A stretch of DNA of 63,974 nt, the filler included, from an uncultured Gemmatimonadota bacterium (lineage in GTDB: Bacteria; GCA-2686955), in assembly GCA_964490075.1 (NCBI GenBank). It is 5 parts of 4 records of this genome, joined end to end, with 100 filler letters (N's around TTAATTAATTAA, not from the genome) between each part and the next. Parts side by side here need not be neighbours in the genome. Positions count along the whole stretch, not along the records: positions 9,210 to 40,897 come from CAZBBK010000070.1; 4 more parts are not named here. One strand, 5' to 3'. A program made the translations under genes and the position numbers. This document shows, piece after piece, positions 18,617 to 29,151 of this stretch; within the stretch, counting starts at the first letter, position 1, and each line of letters opens with the position of its first letter. The notes beneath the pieces were generated by a model. The model was not told the DNA's origin. It saw nothing but the letters and a program-made list of their open reading frames with translations, and searched no databases.

Positions 18617-19270
18617 ATGCTGCTAGCACCGAGCATCCTGTCCGCCGACTTCGCCCGCCTGGGCGAGCAGATTCGTGCCGTGGAGAGCGGCGGAGCGGCG
18701 CTGATCCACTGCGACGTGATGGACGGGCACTTCGTCCCCAACCTCAGCTTCGGTCCGCCGCTGCTGCGAGCCGTGCAGCGGGTGGCGACGGTGCCGCTCG
18801 ATGTCCACCTGATGATCGAAGGGCCGGAGCGCTCCCTCGCCACCTACCGCGAGGCCGGCGCCGAGTGGATCACGGTGCACGCCGAGGCCTGCTCCCATCT
18901 CCACCGGACCCTCGCTCGGATCCGTGCCCTGGGCGCTCGGCCGGGCGTGGCGCTCAATCCCGCCTCGCCCCTCGCCCTGGTCGAAGAGGTGCTGGCCGAC
19001 ATCGACCTGCTGCTGGTGATGTCGGTCGATCCCGGCTTCGGCGGCCAGAGTTTCATCGATCGATCGCTGGACAAGATCGTGCGGGCCAAGGAGTTGCGCG
19101 CCCGGCACCAGGCCTCCTTCCAGATTCAGGTCGATGGTGGTGTCGACGCGACCAACGTGGCTGAGGTGGTGGAGGCCGGCGCCGATATCGTGGTGGCCGG
19201 CAGCGCCCTTTTCGACGACTCGGATCCCGCTGCGGCCGCCCGGCGCGTCATTGGCGGCGCAAACCGTTGA
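18617..19270 (+). CDS. rpe: Ribulose-phosphate 3-epimerase
   Basis: APSILSADF, HCDVMDGHFVPN, DVHLM, MSVDPGFGGQ, VDGG. Confidence 0.97.
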   Translation: MLLAPSILSADFARLGEQIRAVESGGAALIHCDVMDGHFVPNLSFGPPLLRAVQRVATVPLDVHLMIEGPERSLATYREAGAEWITVHAEACSHLHRTLARIRALGARPGVALNPASPLALVEEVLADIDLLLVMSVDPGFGGQSFIDRSLDKIVRAKELRARHQASFQIQVDGGVDATNVAEVVEAGADIVVAGSALFDDSDPAAAARRVIGGANR

Positions 19271-19321
19271 CCTCGAACATCGCCGGTCGATAGACTCTCC
19301 CTTTTCCTCTGCGGAGAATCG

Positions 19322-20647
19322 ATGTTCGAGAACCTGACGGCTCGCCTCGACGAGACCTTCCGCCGACTTCGAGGGCAAGGGAAGCTCAGCGAGGCGAATG
19401 TCGCCGAGGCCCTGAAGGAGGTGCGTCGCGCGCTCCTCGAGGCCGACGTGAACTTCAAGGTCGTCAAGGAGTTCGTCAATCAGGTCCAGGGCGATGCGCT
19501 GGGGCAGGCGGTGCTCAAGAGCATCACGCCGGGCCAGCAGTTCGTGAAGGTGGTCCACGACCACATGGTCGAGCTGCTGGGGACCGGAGCCCGCGACCTG
19601 GCGCAGGCGAGCAAGCCGCCGACGCGGATCTTGATCGTCGGTCTGCAGGGGTCCGGAAAGACCACATTGGCCGCCAAGCTGGCGCTGCGCTACCGGCAGC
19701 AGGGGCGGCGGCCCTTGCTGGTCGCCTGCGACATCCACCGGCCGGCCGCGATCGACCAGCTCGAGGTACTGGGCGAAGAGGCCGGCGTGGCCGTGCACCG
19801 CGAGCCGCCGGGGGTCGCGGCCGATCGAATCGCGCAGCGCGCGCTCGAGAAGGCGCGGGCCGAGAGCTTCGACCCGGTCGTGGTGGACACCGCGGGCCGG
19901 CTGCATATCGACCAGGAGATGATGGAAGAGGTCACCCTGGTCAAAGGGGCGACGAAGCCGCACGAGGTGCTCTTCGTCGCCGATGCGATGACCGGGCAAG
20001 ACGCCGTTCGCTCCGCCAAGGCCTTCGACGAGGCCCTGGGGCTCGACGGCGTGGTGCTCACCAAGATGGACGGCGACGCGCGCGGCGGAGCCGCGATCTC
20101 GATTCGTGCGGTCACCGGAAAACCGATCAAACTGATCGGGACGGGAGAGAAGCTCGACGCGCTCGAGTCCTTCCATCCCGATCGAATGGCGTCGCGAATT
20201 CTCGGCAAGGGGGACGTGCTCTCCCTGGTCGAGAAGGCGCAAGGCGCCGTGGACGAAGAAGAGGCTCTGCGACTCGCGGAGAAGCTCAAGAAGGAGTCCT
20301 TCACCCTCGACGATTTTCGAACGCAGCTGCGCGCCATGCGGAAGATGGGACCTCTCGATCAGCTCCTGGGTATGATCCCCGGATTGGGTTCCAAGATGAA
20401 GGGCATCTCGGTCGACGAGAAGGCCCTGGGTCGCATCGAGGCGATCATCAACTCCATGACTCCGCAGGAGCGCATCAATCCCCGGGTTCTCAACGGGAGC
20501 CGGCGCAAGCGAATCGCGCGAGGGAGCGGGACCACGGTCCAAGAGGTCAATCAACTGCTTCGGCAATTCCAGGACATGAAGAAGATGCTGAAGCGAATGA
20601 AGAACATGGGCTTGGGACGAATGGGCCTGGCCGGGCTCCCGTTCTGA
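19322..20647 (+). CDS. ffh: Signal recognition particle protein
   Basis: ALLEADV, GLQGSGKTT, DTAGR, TKMDGDARGG, M domain. Confidence 0.98.
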   Translation: MFENLTARLDETFRRLRGQGKLSEANVAEALKEVRRALLEADVNFKVVKEFVNQVQGDALGQAVLKSITPGQQFVKVVHDHMVELLGTGARDLAQASKPPTRILIVGLQGSGKTTLAAKLALRYRQQGRRPLLVACDIHRPAAIDQLEVLGEEAGVAVHREPPGVAADRIAQRALEKARAESFDPVVVDTAGRLHIDQEMMEEVTLVKGATKPHEVLFVADAMTGQDAVRSAKAFDEALGLDGVVLTKMDGDARGGAAISIRAVTGKPIKLIGTGEKLDALESFHPDRMASRILGKGDVLSLVEKAQGAVDEEEALRLAEKLKKESFTLDDFRTQLRAMRKMGPLDQLLGMIPGLGSKMKGISVDEKALGRIEAIINSMTPQERINPRVLNGSRRKRIARGSGTTVQEVNQLLRQFQDMKKMLKRMKNMGLGRMGLAGLPF

Positions 20648-20675
20648 TCGTTCCAGCCTCAGAGGAGACTTCCCT

Positions 20676-21188
20676 TTGCCGGTCAAGATCCGACTCACCC
20701 GCAAGGGCGCCAAGAAGCGCCCCTTCTACCGCCTCGTGGTGGCCGACTCCCGCGCGCCGCGAGACGGCCGCGTCATCGACACTCTCGGCTTCTACGATCC
20801 GATCTCCCGAGTCGAGCCCTACCGCATCGACGGGGCCAAGGCGGTGCATTGGCTCAACGAAGGCGCCGAGCTCTCCGACACCGCTCGTTCTCTGCTGCGC
20901 AAGAGCGGCATCATCAAGGCCTGGCGCGACGGTGATTCGGGCGAGGGCCTGGGCCGTTCGGTCGAGCCCGGTGCCGCGTCCACTGCCGCCCCCGCGCCAG
21001 CCCAGGCGCCCGCCGAGCCGGCGGAGACGGCCCCCGAGCCGCCCGCGGCCGAGGAACCGGCGGCCGCAGAGCCCGTGGCCGAAGAGCCGGTGGCCGCGGA
21101 GCCAGCCACCGAGGAACCGGTCGCCGAGGAACCGATCGCCGAGACCGCTGATGCCGAAGAGTCCTCGAAGGACGACAACGAATCGTAG
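20676..21188 (+). CDS. rpsP: 30S ribosomal protein S16 with a long acidic Ala/Glu/Pro tail
   Basis: VKIRLTRKGAKKRPFYRLVVADSRAPRDG. TTG start after AGGAG. Confidence 0.96.
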   Translation: MPVKIRLTRKGAKKRPFYRLVVADSRAPRDGRVIDTLGFYDPISRVEPYRIDGAKAVHWLNEGAELSDTARSLLRKSGIIKAWRDGDSGEGLGRSVEPGAASTAAPAPAQAPAEPAETAPEPPAAEEPAAAEPVAEEPVAAEPATEEPVAEEPIAETADAEESSKDDNES

Positions 21189-21224
21189 CTCTCCGAGCTG
21201 CCGGTCGCATGAGGAGACCCCCCG

Positions 21225-21476
21225 ATGTCCGCCACCCGCGATGACGTCCTCGACCTGATCGAATTCGTCGCTCGCCGATTGACCGACTACGCCGATGCCG
21301 TCGACGTGGAGGAGGTCGCCACCAAGCGCACCCTGATCTACGAGCTGCGCGTCGATCGCAGCGACATGGGGCGGATCATCGGCAGAAACGGCCGCACCGC
21401 GCGCGCGCTGCGCGACCTGGTCTCCTGCGCCACCTTCGATTGGGACGAGAAGGTCTACCTGGAGATCGTCGAGTAG
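21225..21476 (+). CDS. khpA: KH-domain RNA-binding protein KhpA
   Basis: DMGRIIGRNGRTARALR. Lies between rpsP and rimM. Confidence 0.9.
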   Translation: MSATRDDVLDLIEFVARRLTDYADAVDVEEVATKRTLIYELRVDRSDMGRIIGRNGRTARALRDLVSCATFDWDEKVYLEIVE

Positions 21477-21478
21477 CG

Positions 21479-22000
21479 GTGCGCCCGAAGCACGTCGTCA
21501 TCGGCCGCATCGTCGCCGCGCACGGTCTGCGCGGTGAAGTTCGGGCGCTGCCGCTCTCCGATCACCCCGGTCGACTCGAAGATCTGGAGTGGGTCGATCT
21601 GTTGGCGGACGACGGCGCCGGGGTGGAGCGTGTGCGGGTCGTGGGCACGCGGGCCCACAACAAGGGGCTCTTGATGTCGCTGGAGGGGGTGACCGACCGA
21701 AACGCCGCGGAGGCGCTGCGGGGGCGCCGGCTGACCGTTCCCGGCGACCAGGTGCCCGAGCTCCCCGACGACGAGTACTACGCCTTCGATCTGATCGGCA
21801 TGCAGGTGGAAACGGAAGGGGCGGAGCCGCTCGGCGCCGTGGACGAGATCATGGCAGCGGGCGGCAGCAACGTGCTCGTGGTGCGCGGCGGACCGCGCGG
21901 CGAGATCCTGCTCCCGGCGGCGCGCGAAGTGCTGCGCCACATCGACCCGCAGCGGCGCCGAATCGTGGTGCATCCCCTGCCCGGTCTGCTCCCGGAGTAA
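21479..22000 (+). CDS. rimM: Ribosome maturation factor RimM
   Basis: IGRIVAAHGLRGEV, DRNAAEALRG, EYYAFDLIG. Confidence 0.95.
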   Translation: MRPKHVVIGRIVAAHGLRGEVRALPLSDHPGRLEDLEWVDLLADDGAGVERVRVVGTRAHNKGLLMSLEGVTDRNAAEALRGRRLTVPGDQVPELPDDEYYAFDLIGMQVETEGAEPLGAVDEIMAAGGSNVLVVRGGPRGEILLPAAREVLRHIDPQRRRIVVHPLPGLLPE

Positions 22001-22004
22001 GCCC

Positions 22005-22835
22005 GTGCACGCGCCGCTCGTCATCGACGTCGTGACCGCCTTTCCCGGTCTTTTTCCGGGGCCGCTCGCCGAGAGCGTGCCGGGACGGGTGCTCGCGCGC
22101 GGTCTGGCCGAGCTGCGCGGCGTCGATCTGCGCGCCTTCACCCGCGACCGCCATCGCAGCGTCGACGACACCCCCTACGGCGGAGGGGGAGGGATGGTGC
22201 TCAAAGTCGAGCCGGTGGTCGAGGCCGTCGAGTCGACCCTGGCCGAGCGCGGCGCTTCAAAGAGCCGTGTGCTGCTGATGTCGGCCGGCGGCCGAGTCTT
22301 CGACCACGATCTGGCGGTGGAGCTCTCTCTGGCTCGCCATCTGGTGATCGTCTGCGGTCACTACAAGGGCTGCGACGCGCGCATCGCCCGCCTAGCCGGC
22401 GCCGAGGAGGTCTCGGTCGGCGACTTCGTGCTCTCCGGCGGCGAGTTCGCGGCCATGACGGTGATCGACGCGGCCTTGCGGCTGCTGCCCGGTGCCCTCG
22501 GCAACTTCGACTCGGCACAGGGCGACAGCTTCTTCGAAGGCCTGCTGGAAGGTCCGATTTACACCAAACCCAGATCATTCCGAGGAAGTTCGGTTCCGGA
22601 AGTGCTACTCTCCGGAGATCATCAGGCGGTCAGAAGGTGGAGGCTCAGAGAGGCGCTGCGAACGACCCACGCCCGCCGACCCGACCTTCTCACCCGGCGC
22701 AAGCTGACCCTGGAAGAACAAGAGCTGCTGGAGCTCATCAAGAACGAAGAGACCCGTGCTCCCTCCGACTCGAAGCGACCGGGGGAGCGCGGAAATGCGG
22801 CCGGGCGGGAGCCTGGCCAGGAGCCGACACAATGA
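22005..22835 (+). CDS. trmD: tRNA (guanine37-N1)-methyltransferase
   Basis: [40 protein letters not shown]. Confidence 0.97.
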   Translation: MHAPLVIDVVTAFPGLFPGPLAESVPGRVLARGLAELRGVDLRAFTRDRHRSVDDTPYGGGGGMVLKVEPVVEAVESTLAERGASKSRVLLMSAGGRVFDHDLAVELSLARHLVIVCGHYKGCDARIARLAGAEEVSVGDFVLSGGEFAAMTVIDAALRLLPGALGNFDSAQGDSFFEGLLEGPIYTKPRSFRGSSVPEVLLSGDHQAVRRWRLREALRTTHARRPDLLTRRKLTLEEQELLELIKNEETRAPSDSKRPGERGNAAGREPGQEPTQ

Positions 22836-23173
22836 ATGCCACCGATTTCGTCACACGAGGCGAGTTGAGGACCGACCTCCCCGATTTCGCCCCTGGCGAT
22901 ACGGTTCGGGTTTCCGTCAGGGTCGTCGAGGGCGACAAGCACCGCGTGCAGGCCTTCCAGGGCTATGTCATCCGGCGCCGCGGCAGCGGCATCTCCGAGA
23001 CCTTCACGGTCCGAAAGCTCTCGGGCGGAGTGGGTGTGGAGCGGATCTTCCCGCTGCACGTGCCTTCGATCGAGAAGATCGAGGTGTTGCGCAGGGGCCG
23101 GGTCAGACGAGCCAAGCTGTTCTACCTGAGGGACCTGCGCGGCAAGGCGGCGCGCATCAAAGAGCGTCGTTGA
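22832..23173 (+). CDS. rplS: 50S ribosomal protein L19
   Basis: [37 protein letters not shown]. Confidence 0.97.
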   Translation: MNATDFVTRGELRTDLPDFAPGDTVRVSVRVVEGDKHRVQAFQGYVIRRRGSGISETFTVRKLSGGVGVERIFPLHVPSIEKIEVLRRGRVRRAKLFYLRDLRGKAARIKERR

Positions 23174-23535
23174 GGGCATCCCAACGACTGGGGCGCCGGG
23201 GCGAGGAGCTGGCGCGGGCCGCACTGGAAGGTGCGGGAATGACGATCCTGGCGCGCAACTGGCGCTTCGGTCGCAAAGAGGTCGATCTGATCGCCGAGGA
23301 TGGCGAGGTGGTCGTCTTCGTCGAGGTCAAGACCCGCACGCGCCGCGATTTCGGGGGGCCGCTGGCGGCTGTCTCCTGGCGCCAGCGGCGCCATCTCAGC
23401 GCCGCCGCCAACGCCTTTCTGGCCGGCCGGAGATGGATGCGGCGCGGCGCCCGTTTCGATGTCGTCGGTCTGGTCTTCGACGGCGACGAGGCAAAGATCG
23501 AACACATCCGCGGAGCCTTCGATGCCTGCGCCTGA
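23170..23535 (+). CDS. yraN: YraN (UPF0102) family protein
   Basis: [41 protein letters not shown] start inferred. Confidence 0.9.
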   Translation: MRASQRLGRRGEELARAALEGAGMTILARNWRFGRKEVDLIAEDGEVVVFVEVKTRTRRDFGGPLAAVSWRQRRHLSAAANAFLAGRRWMRRGARFDVVGLVFDGDEAKIEHIRGAFDACA

Positions 23536-24901
23536 CGCGGCCGACGTGGTGGTGGTCGGGGCCGGCCTGGAGGGGCTGCTGCTGGCAGGAGAGCTGGTCC
23601 GTGGGGGGCAGGAGGTGCACCTGGTGGAGCGCCGCGCCGAGGTCGGGGGGCGATGCCGCGATATCGGCGAGGACCGCTTCACCTTTCCGGGAGCGATTCG
23701 GCTGGCCCGCTACGGAACCCATGGAGCGCTCGGGGAGCTGCTCTTCCGCGCCGGCGACTCGACGGCGCTCTGCGAGCTGGGCACGAGCTACGCCCTGATC
23801 GGCGGCCGGGTGACCTCGCTGCCCCTGGGGTTGAGACTGAGCTCCGGCTCGCGGCTGATCGGGCTGCGCGATCGGCTGCCCCTGGCGCGGCTGATCCTGC
23901 GCCTGCGTTCCGAGGCCGACGCCGCGTCGGACGAGAGCCTGAACCGCTGGATGGCGAGCATGCGCATCCGCGGCCGCTTGGCGGAGCTGCTCAGGATCAT
24001 GGCCGGCAGCATGACCATGCGCGCCGATCCCGGCGAGCTGGCTGCCCGAGAGGTGCTCGAGGCGCTGCGCCGTTCGCTCGACCTCGGCATCACCATGACC
24101 TATCCGGCCGAGAGCTGGGGGGCTCTGGCACGCAATGCGGCCGTGCGCTTCGAGGCGGCGGGGGGGACTCTGCTGCGCGAATGGACGGTCGACCGGATCC
24201 TGGTGCGACGCGGGCGTGTACGTGGCGTGGTGTCGACGGCCGCCGAGCGCATCGAGACCCCTCGCGTGGTGTGGACCCCCGACCCCAGGGCCCTGCGCGC
24301 GCGCGCCGACGAGCTCGATCCAGCGCTGGCCCGCGCCATCGGCAGCGTGCGCCCGGTGGCGGCCACCAGCCTGGCGCTGGCGCTCACCGAGCCGGTGTCG
24401 ACCACCACCGGCCTGTGGTACCTCGACGAGCCGCGCGGGTGGGTCTTCTTCCCCTCGAACATCGCCGGCAGCCTGGCGCCGAAAGGCAAGCAGCTGCTTC
24501 TCGCTTGCGCCCCCGCGAGCGCCGACACGGCGTCGATGGGGTCGACGGCCGAGGCGTTGGAGCAGCGCCTGGGCGAGATCTTCCCCGCTCTGCCGGGGCG
24601 CATCGAACAGCGCCGCGTGCGGCGTCTCGAGCGGCTGCACGGATCGGATGTCGGAGCCCGTGCCACCCGGGCCCATCGTCCACCGGTGCGCGCCGCCGCA
24701 CCGCGCGGGCTCTTTCTGGTCGGCGACGCCTGTGCCGCGCCGGGCCTTGGGCCCGAGATCGGCTTCTCGAGTGTGCGGCGCTGCGTGGACCACATTCTGG
24801 GCGACCGGGCCAGCCTGCCTCCGCCCGAGGTGAAGGTCGCCGCCGAGGCCGGGTCGGCGGTGCGGCGCCGCAGCAGGACGCGACGCGGTGCCCAATCTTG
24901 A
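23522..24901 (+). CDS. FAD-dependent oxidoreductase (phytoene desaturase / amine oxidase superfamily)
   Basis: DVVVVGAGLEG...VERRAEVGGR dinucleotide fold and C-terminal GLFLVGD. Confidence 0.8.
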   Translation: MPAPDAADVVVVGAGLEGLLLAGELVRGGQEVHLVERRAEVGGRCRDIGEDRFTFPGAIRLARYGTHGALGELLFRAGDSTALCELGTSYALIGGRVTSLPLGLRLSSGSRLIGLRDRLPLARLILRLRSEADAASDESLNRWMASMRIRGRLAELLRIMAGSMTMRADPGELAAREVLEALRRSLDLGITMTYPAESWGALARNAAVRFEAAGGTLLREWTVDRILVRRGRVRGVVSTAAERIETPRVVWTPDPRALRARADELDPALARAIGSVRPVAATSLALALTEPVSTTTGLWYLDEPRGWVFFPSNIAGSLAPKGKQLLLACAPASADTASMGSTAEALEQRLGEIFPALPGRIEQRRVRRLERLHGSDVGARATRAHRPPVRAAAPRGLFLVGDACAAPGLGPEIGFSSVRRCVDHILGDRASLPPPEVKVAAEAGSAVRRRSRTRRGAQS

Positions 24902-25646
24902 GCGTGCCGCGCCCTTCGAAATCGATGTGGGGGAACGCGCCGGCATCGTTCTTTTGCACGGCTTCACCGGTGCGCCGCAGGAGGTGGAGCCGATCGCGCG
25001 GGCGCTGGCGCCGCACGGCGTGTCGAGCATCGGTCCGCTGCTGCCCGGCCACGGCGAGGCGCTGACCGAGCTGAATCGCGTCGCCTGGCGGGAGTGGACC
25101 GCCGCCGCCGAGTCGACGCTGGCCGAGGCGCGCCGGCGCTGGCCCACGGTGTTGGTCGGAGGGCTGTCGATGGGCGGCGCCCTGGCCCTGCACCTCGCCG
25201 CCCACCACTCGACCACGGTCCTCGGCGTCCTCGCTCTGGCGACGCCGCTGCGTCTGCGCCATCGGGCGCTGCCGCTGCTGCCCCTGCTCTCTCGGTTTCT
25301 GCTCGCGACCCCCAAGAAAGGGATGGGCGTCTCCGATTCGCGGCTGGCCGCCGATCGGGTCTCCTACGACCACCAGCCGCTGGCCGGAGTGCTGCAGCTG
25401 ACTCACCTGCTGAGCGCGCTGCGGCGCGAGCTGCACGCGGTTCGCTGCCCGCTCTTCCTGGCTCATTCGCGCGGCGACCGCACCATCCCTTTCGCCAACA
25501 TGGCCGAGATCGCGCGCCGGGTCTCCTCACCCGAGATCGACCTCCTGGAGCTGACCCGCTCCGACCACATCCTGCCGCTCGACGTGGAGCGCAAGCAGCT
25601 CTTCGGGCGGATCGTCGCCTTCGTAACTGCGCGGGTCGGCGACTGA
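24888..25646 (+). CDS. Alpha/beta-hydrolase carboxylesterase / monoacylglycerol lipase
   Basis: LLHGFTG, LPGHG, GLSMGG nucleophile elbow, catalytic D and H (GDRT, SDH). Confidence 0.9.
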   Translation: MPNLERAAPFEIDVGERAGIVLLHGFTGAPQEVEPIARALAPHGVSSIGPLLPGHGEALTELNRVAWREWTAAAESTLAEARRRWPTVLVGGLSMGGALALHLAAHHSTTVLGVLALATPLRLRHRALPLLPLLSRFLLATPKKGMGVSDSRLAADRVSYDHQPLAGVLQLTHLLSALRRELHAVRCPLFLAHSRGDRTIPFANMAEIARRVSSPEIDLLELTRSDHILPLDVERKQLFGRIVAFVTARVGD

Positions 25647-25649
25647 AAC

Positions 25650-26285
25650 TCACACACCCCGCGCGTCCGGCCCCCAGATCAGCTTGTGGATCTGCAAACA
25701 GAGCCGCACCGGCAGCCGATCGTCCAGGATCCAGCGCGCCAGCAGCTTCGGATCCAGCTGCCCCCAGGCGGGGGCCAGCAACACCTGCGCGCGCTCGGTC
25801 AGATTCAGCGAGGCGATGCGCGCACGCGCCCAGTCGTAGTCAGCGCGACTCGTGAGCACCATCTTCACTTCGTCTCGGTTCGAGAGCTGCGCCAGGTTGC
25901 TCTCCAGAAAGGTCGCCTCCTCGCCGCTCCCCGGCGGCTTGAGATCGACGATCCGGCGCGCGCGCCGATCCAGACACGAGACATCGAGACTGCCATTGGT
26001 CTCTACCTGAACGTCGAGGCCGGCATCCAACAGCCGCCCCACCAGTTCCGGTGCATCACCTTGCAGCAGCGGCTCGCCACCCGTCAGCGTCACATTCTCG
26101 AGCCCGCTGCGCCGCGCCTCGGCGACCAGCTCTTCCACCGAGCGTTCCGCCCCGCCCTCGAACGCGTCGCTGGTGTCGCACCACACGCAGCGCAGATTGC
26201 ATCCCGTGGTGCGGATAAAGAGTGTCGGCACACCGGCACCCGAGGTCTCGCCCTGAATCGAAGCGAAGACCTCGTGGATCCGCAT
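25650..26285 (-). CDS. queE: 7-carboxy-7-deazaguanine synthase (radical SAM)
   Basis: SIQGE, GCNLRCVWCDT, TGGEPLLQ, ETNG, QIHK. Confidence 0.93.
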   Translation of the reverse strand: MRIHEVFASIQGETSGAGVPTLFIRTTGCNLRCVWCDTSDAFEGGAERSVEELVAEARRSGLENVTLTGGEPLLQGDAPELVGRLLDAGLDVQVETNGSLDVSCLDRRARRIVDLKPPGSGEEATFLESNLAQLSNRDEVKMVLTSRADYDWARARIASLNLTERAQVLLAPAWGQLDPKLLARWILDDRLPVRLCLQIHKLIWGPDARGV

Positions 26286-26304
26286 CGCGTCGCCGTCCTG
26301 TCGG

Positions 26305-26703
26305 CTAACCGATGCGCAGCTTGGCGCGCGCCCGATCGAGCGCCTTGGTCCGTTCCACGAACGACGCTTCGTCGGTCGCCCGCATGCCCAACGCCTCGTC
26401 CAGGGCGGTGCGCGCTTCGTCGGTCGAGATCTCGTCGGCGGGGATCGCCTGCTCGGTCAGCAGCGTCAGCCGGTTGTCGACCATCTGCACGAACCCACCG
26501 TCCACGAAGAACGACTTCGATTCGCCGCCCGCCACGTCGACCCGCAACCGGCCGATCCCCATCTTGTGCACCAAAGGCGCCCGGTGCACCAGCACGCCGA
26601 CCTCGCCGTCGTGCGAAGGAAAGGCCACGAAGGTCGCCTCGCACTCCAGCACCGGCTTTTCCGGTGTCACCACCGAGCAATAGAAACTGTTGGCTCCGGC
26701 CAT
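26305..26703 (-). CDS. atpC: ATP synthase F1 epsilon
   Basis: VVTPE, DGEVGVL..AP, VDGGF. Last gene of the atp operon. Confidence 0.93.
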   Translation of the reverse strand: MAGANSFYCSVVTPEKPVLECEATFVAFPSHDGEVGVLVHRAPLVHKMGIGRLRVDVAGGESKSFFVDGGFVQMVDNRLTLLTEQAIPADEISTDEARTALDEALGMRATDEASFVERTKALDRARAKLRIG

Positions 26704-26718
26704 CTCGAGCTCTCCGCG

Positions 26719-28203
<1,485 letters not shown>

Positions 28204-29085
28204 CTACGTGAGGGCGTTGGCGCCGCCCACGATGTCCAGGAGCTCCATGGTGATATGTGTCTGGCGGGCCCGGTTGTACTGCCGGGTGAGGCTCGTGATC
28301 ATCTCTTCCGCGGAATCGGTGGCGGCCTTCATGGCGACCATTCGGGCCACCTGCTCACTCACCGCCGCGTCGTTGAAACACTGGAAGAGGCGCACCCGCA
28401 CGGTCGCCGGCAAGAGCTCGTCGAGGATCTGCGCCGGATCGGGCGAGAACTCGTATTGCACCGCTGCCGTGGAGGCGGGCGCATCGTCCTGCGCGCCATC
28501 CTGCTTCAAGGGAAGTAGCTGCAACAGCTCCGGCTGCTGCCGGCTGGTCGAGACGAAGCGCATATAGGCCACGTGCACCGCGTCGATCTCTCCGGCGATG
28601 AAGCGCCCGATCAGCTCGTTCGCCAAGGGCTCGATCTGCTCGAAGCGCGGCCGATCATCGATGTCGGTGCGCTCTTCGACCATCTCGCGGCCAAGGAAGT
28701 TGAAGTAGCCGATGCCCTTCTTGCCGACCATGTGCACGTCGGTCTCGATCCCCCGTCCCTTCAGCTCTTCGAGATGCTGCACCGCCGCCCGCAGCACGTT
28801 GGAGTTGTAGCCACCACACAGGCCGCGCGCACTGGTGATGCCGATCAGCGCGCTGCGCCGCACCTGGTCGCGGCTCACCAGCAGGGGGTGGGTCGCCCCG
28901 CCCCCCGCGGTCCGCGTCAGGTTGGCCGCCAGCTCCGCCAGCTTCTCGGTGTAGGGCCGGGTCGCCACCGCCCGGCTGAACGCCGACTGGAAGCGAGCGG
29001 TCGCGATCAGCTGCATGGTGCGGGTGATCTTGCGGATGTTGCGCACCGCCTTGCGCCGCTTGACGAGAACTCTTCTGTTCGCCAT
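28204..29085 (-). CDS. atpG: ATP synthase F1 gamma
   Basis: KITRTMQLIA, RGLCGGYN, ARMVAMKAAT, NRARQTHIT. Confidence 0.97.
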   Translation of the reverse strand: MANRRVLVKRRKAVRNIRKITRTMQLIATARFQSAFSRAVATRPYTEKLAELAANLTRTAGGGATHPLLVSRDQVRRSALIGITSARGLCGGYNSNVLRAAVQHLEELKGRGIETDVHMVGKKGIGYFNFLGREMVEERTDIDDRPRFEQIEPLANELIGRFIAGEIDAVHVAYMRFVSTSRQQPELLQLLPLKQDGAQDDAPASTAAVQYEFSPDPAQILDELLPATVRVRLFQCFNDAAVSEQVARMVAMKAATDSAEEMITSLTRQYNRARQTHITMELLDIVGGANALT

Positions 29086-29151
29086 CGCCTTGCTCTTCTC
29101 TCCTTCCGCGCCGGGGGAGACCGGCGCTTCGGATCGCTCTCGAACGCTTGG

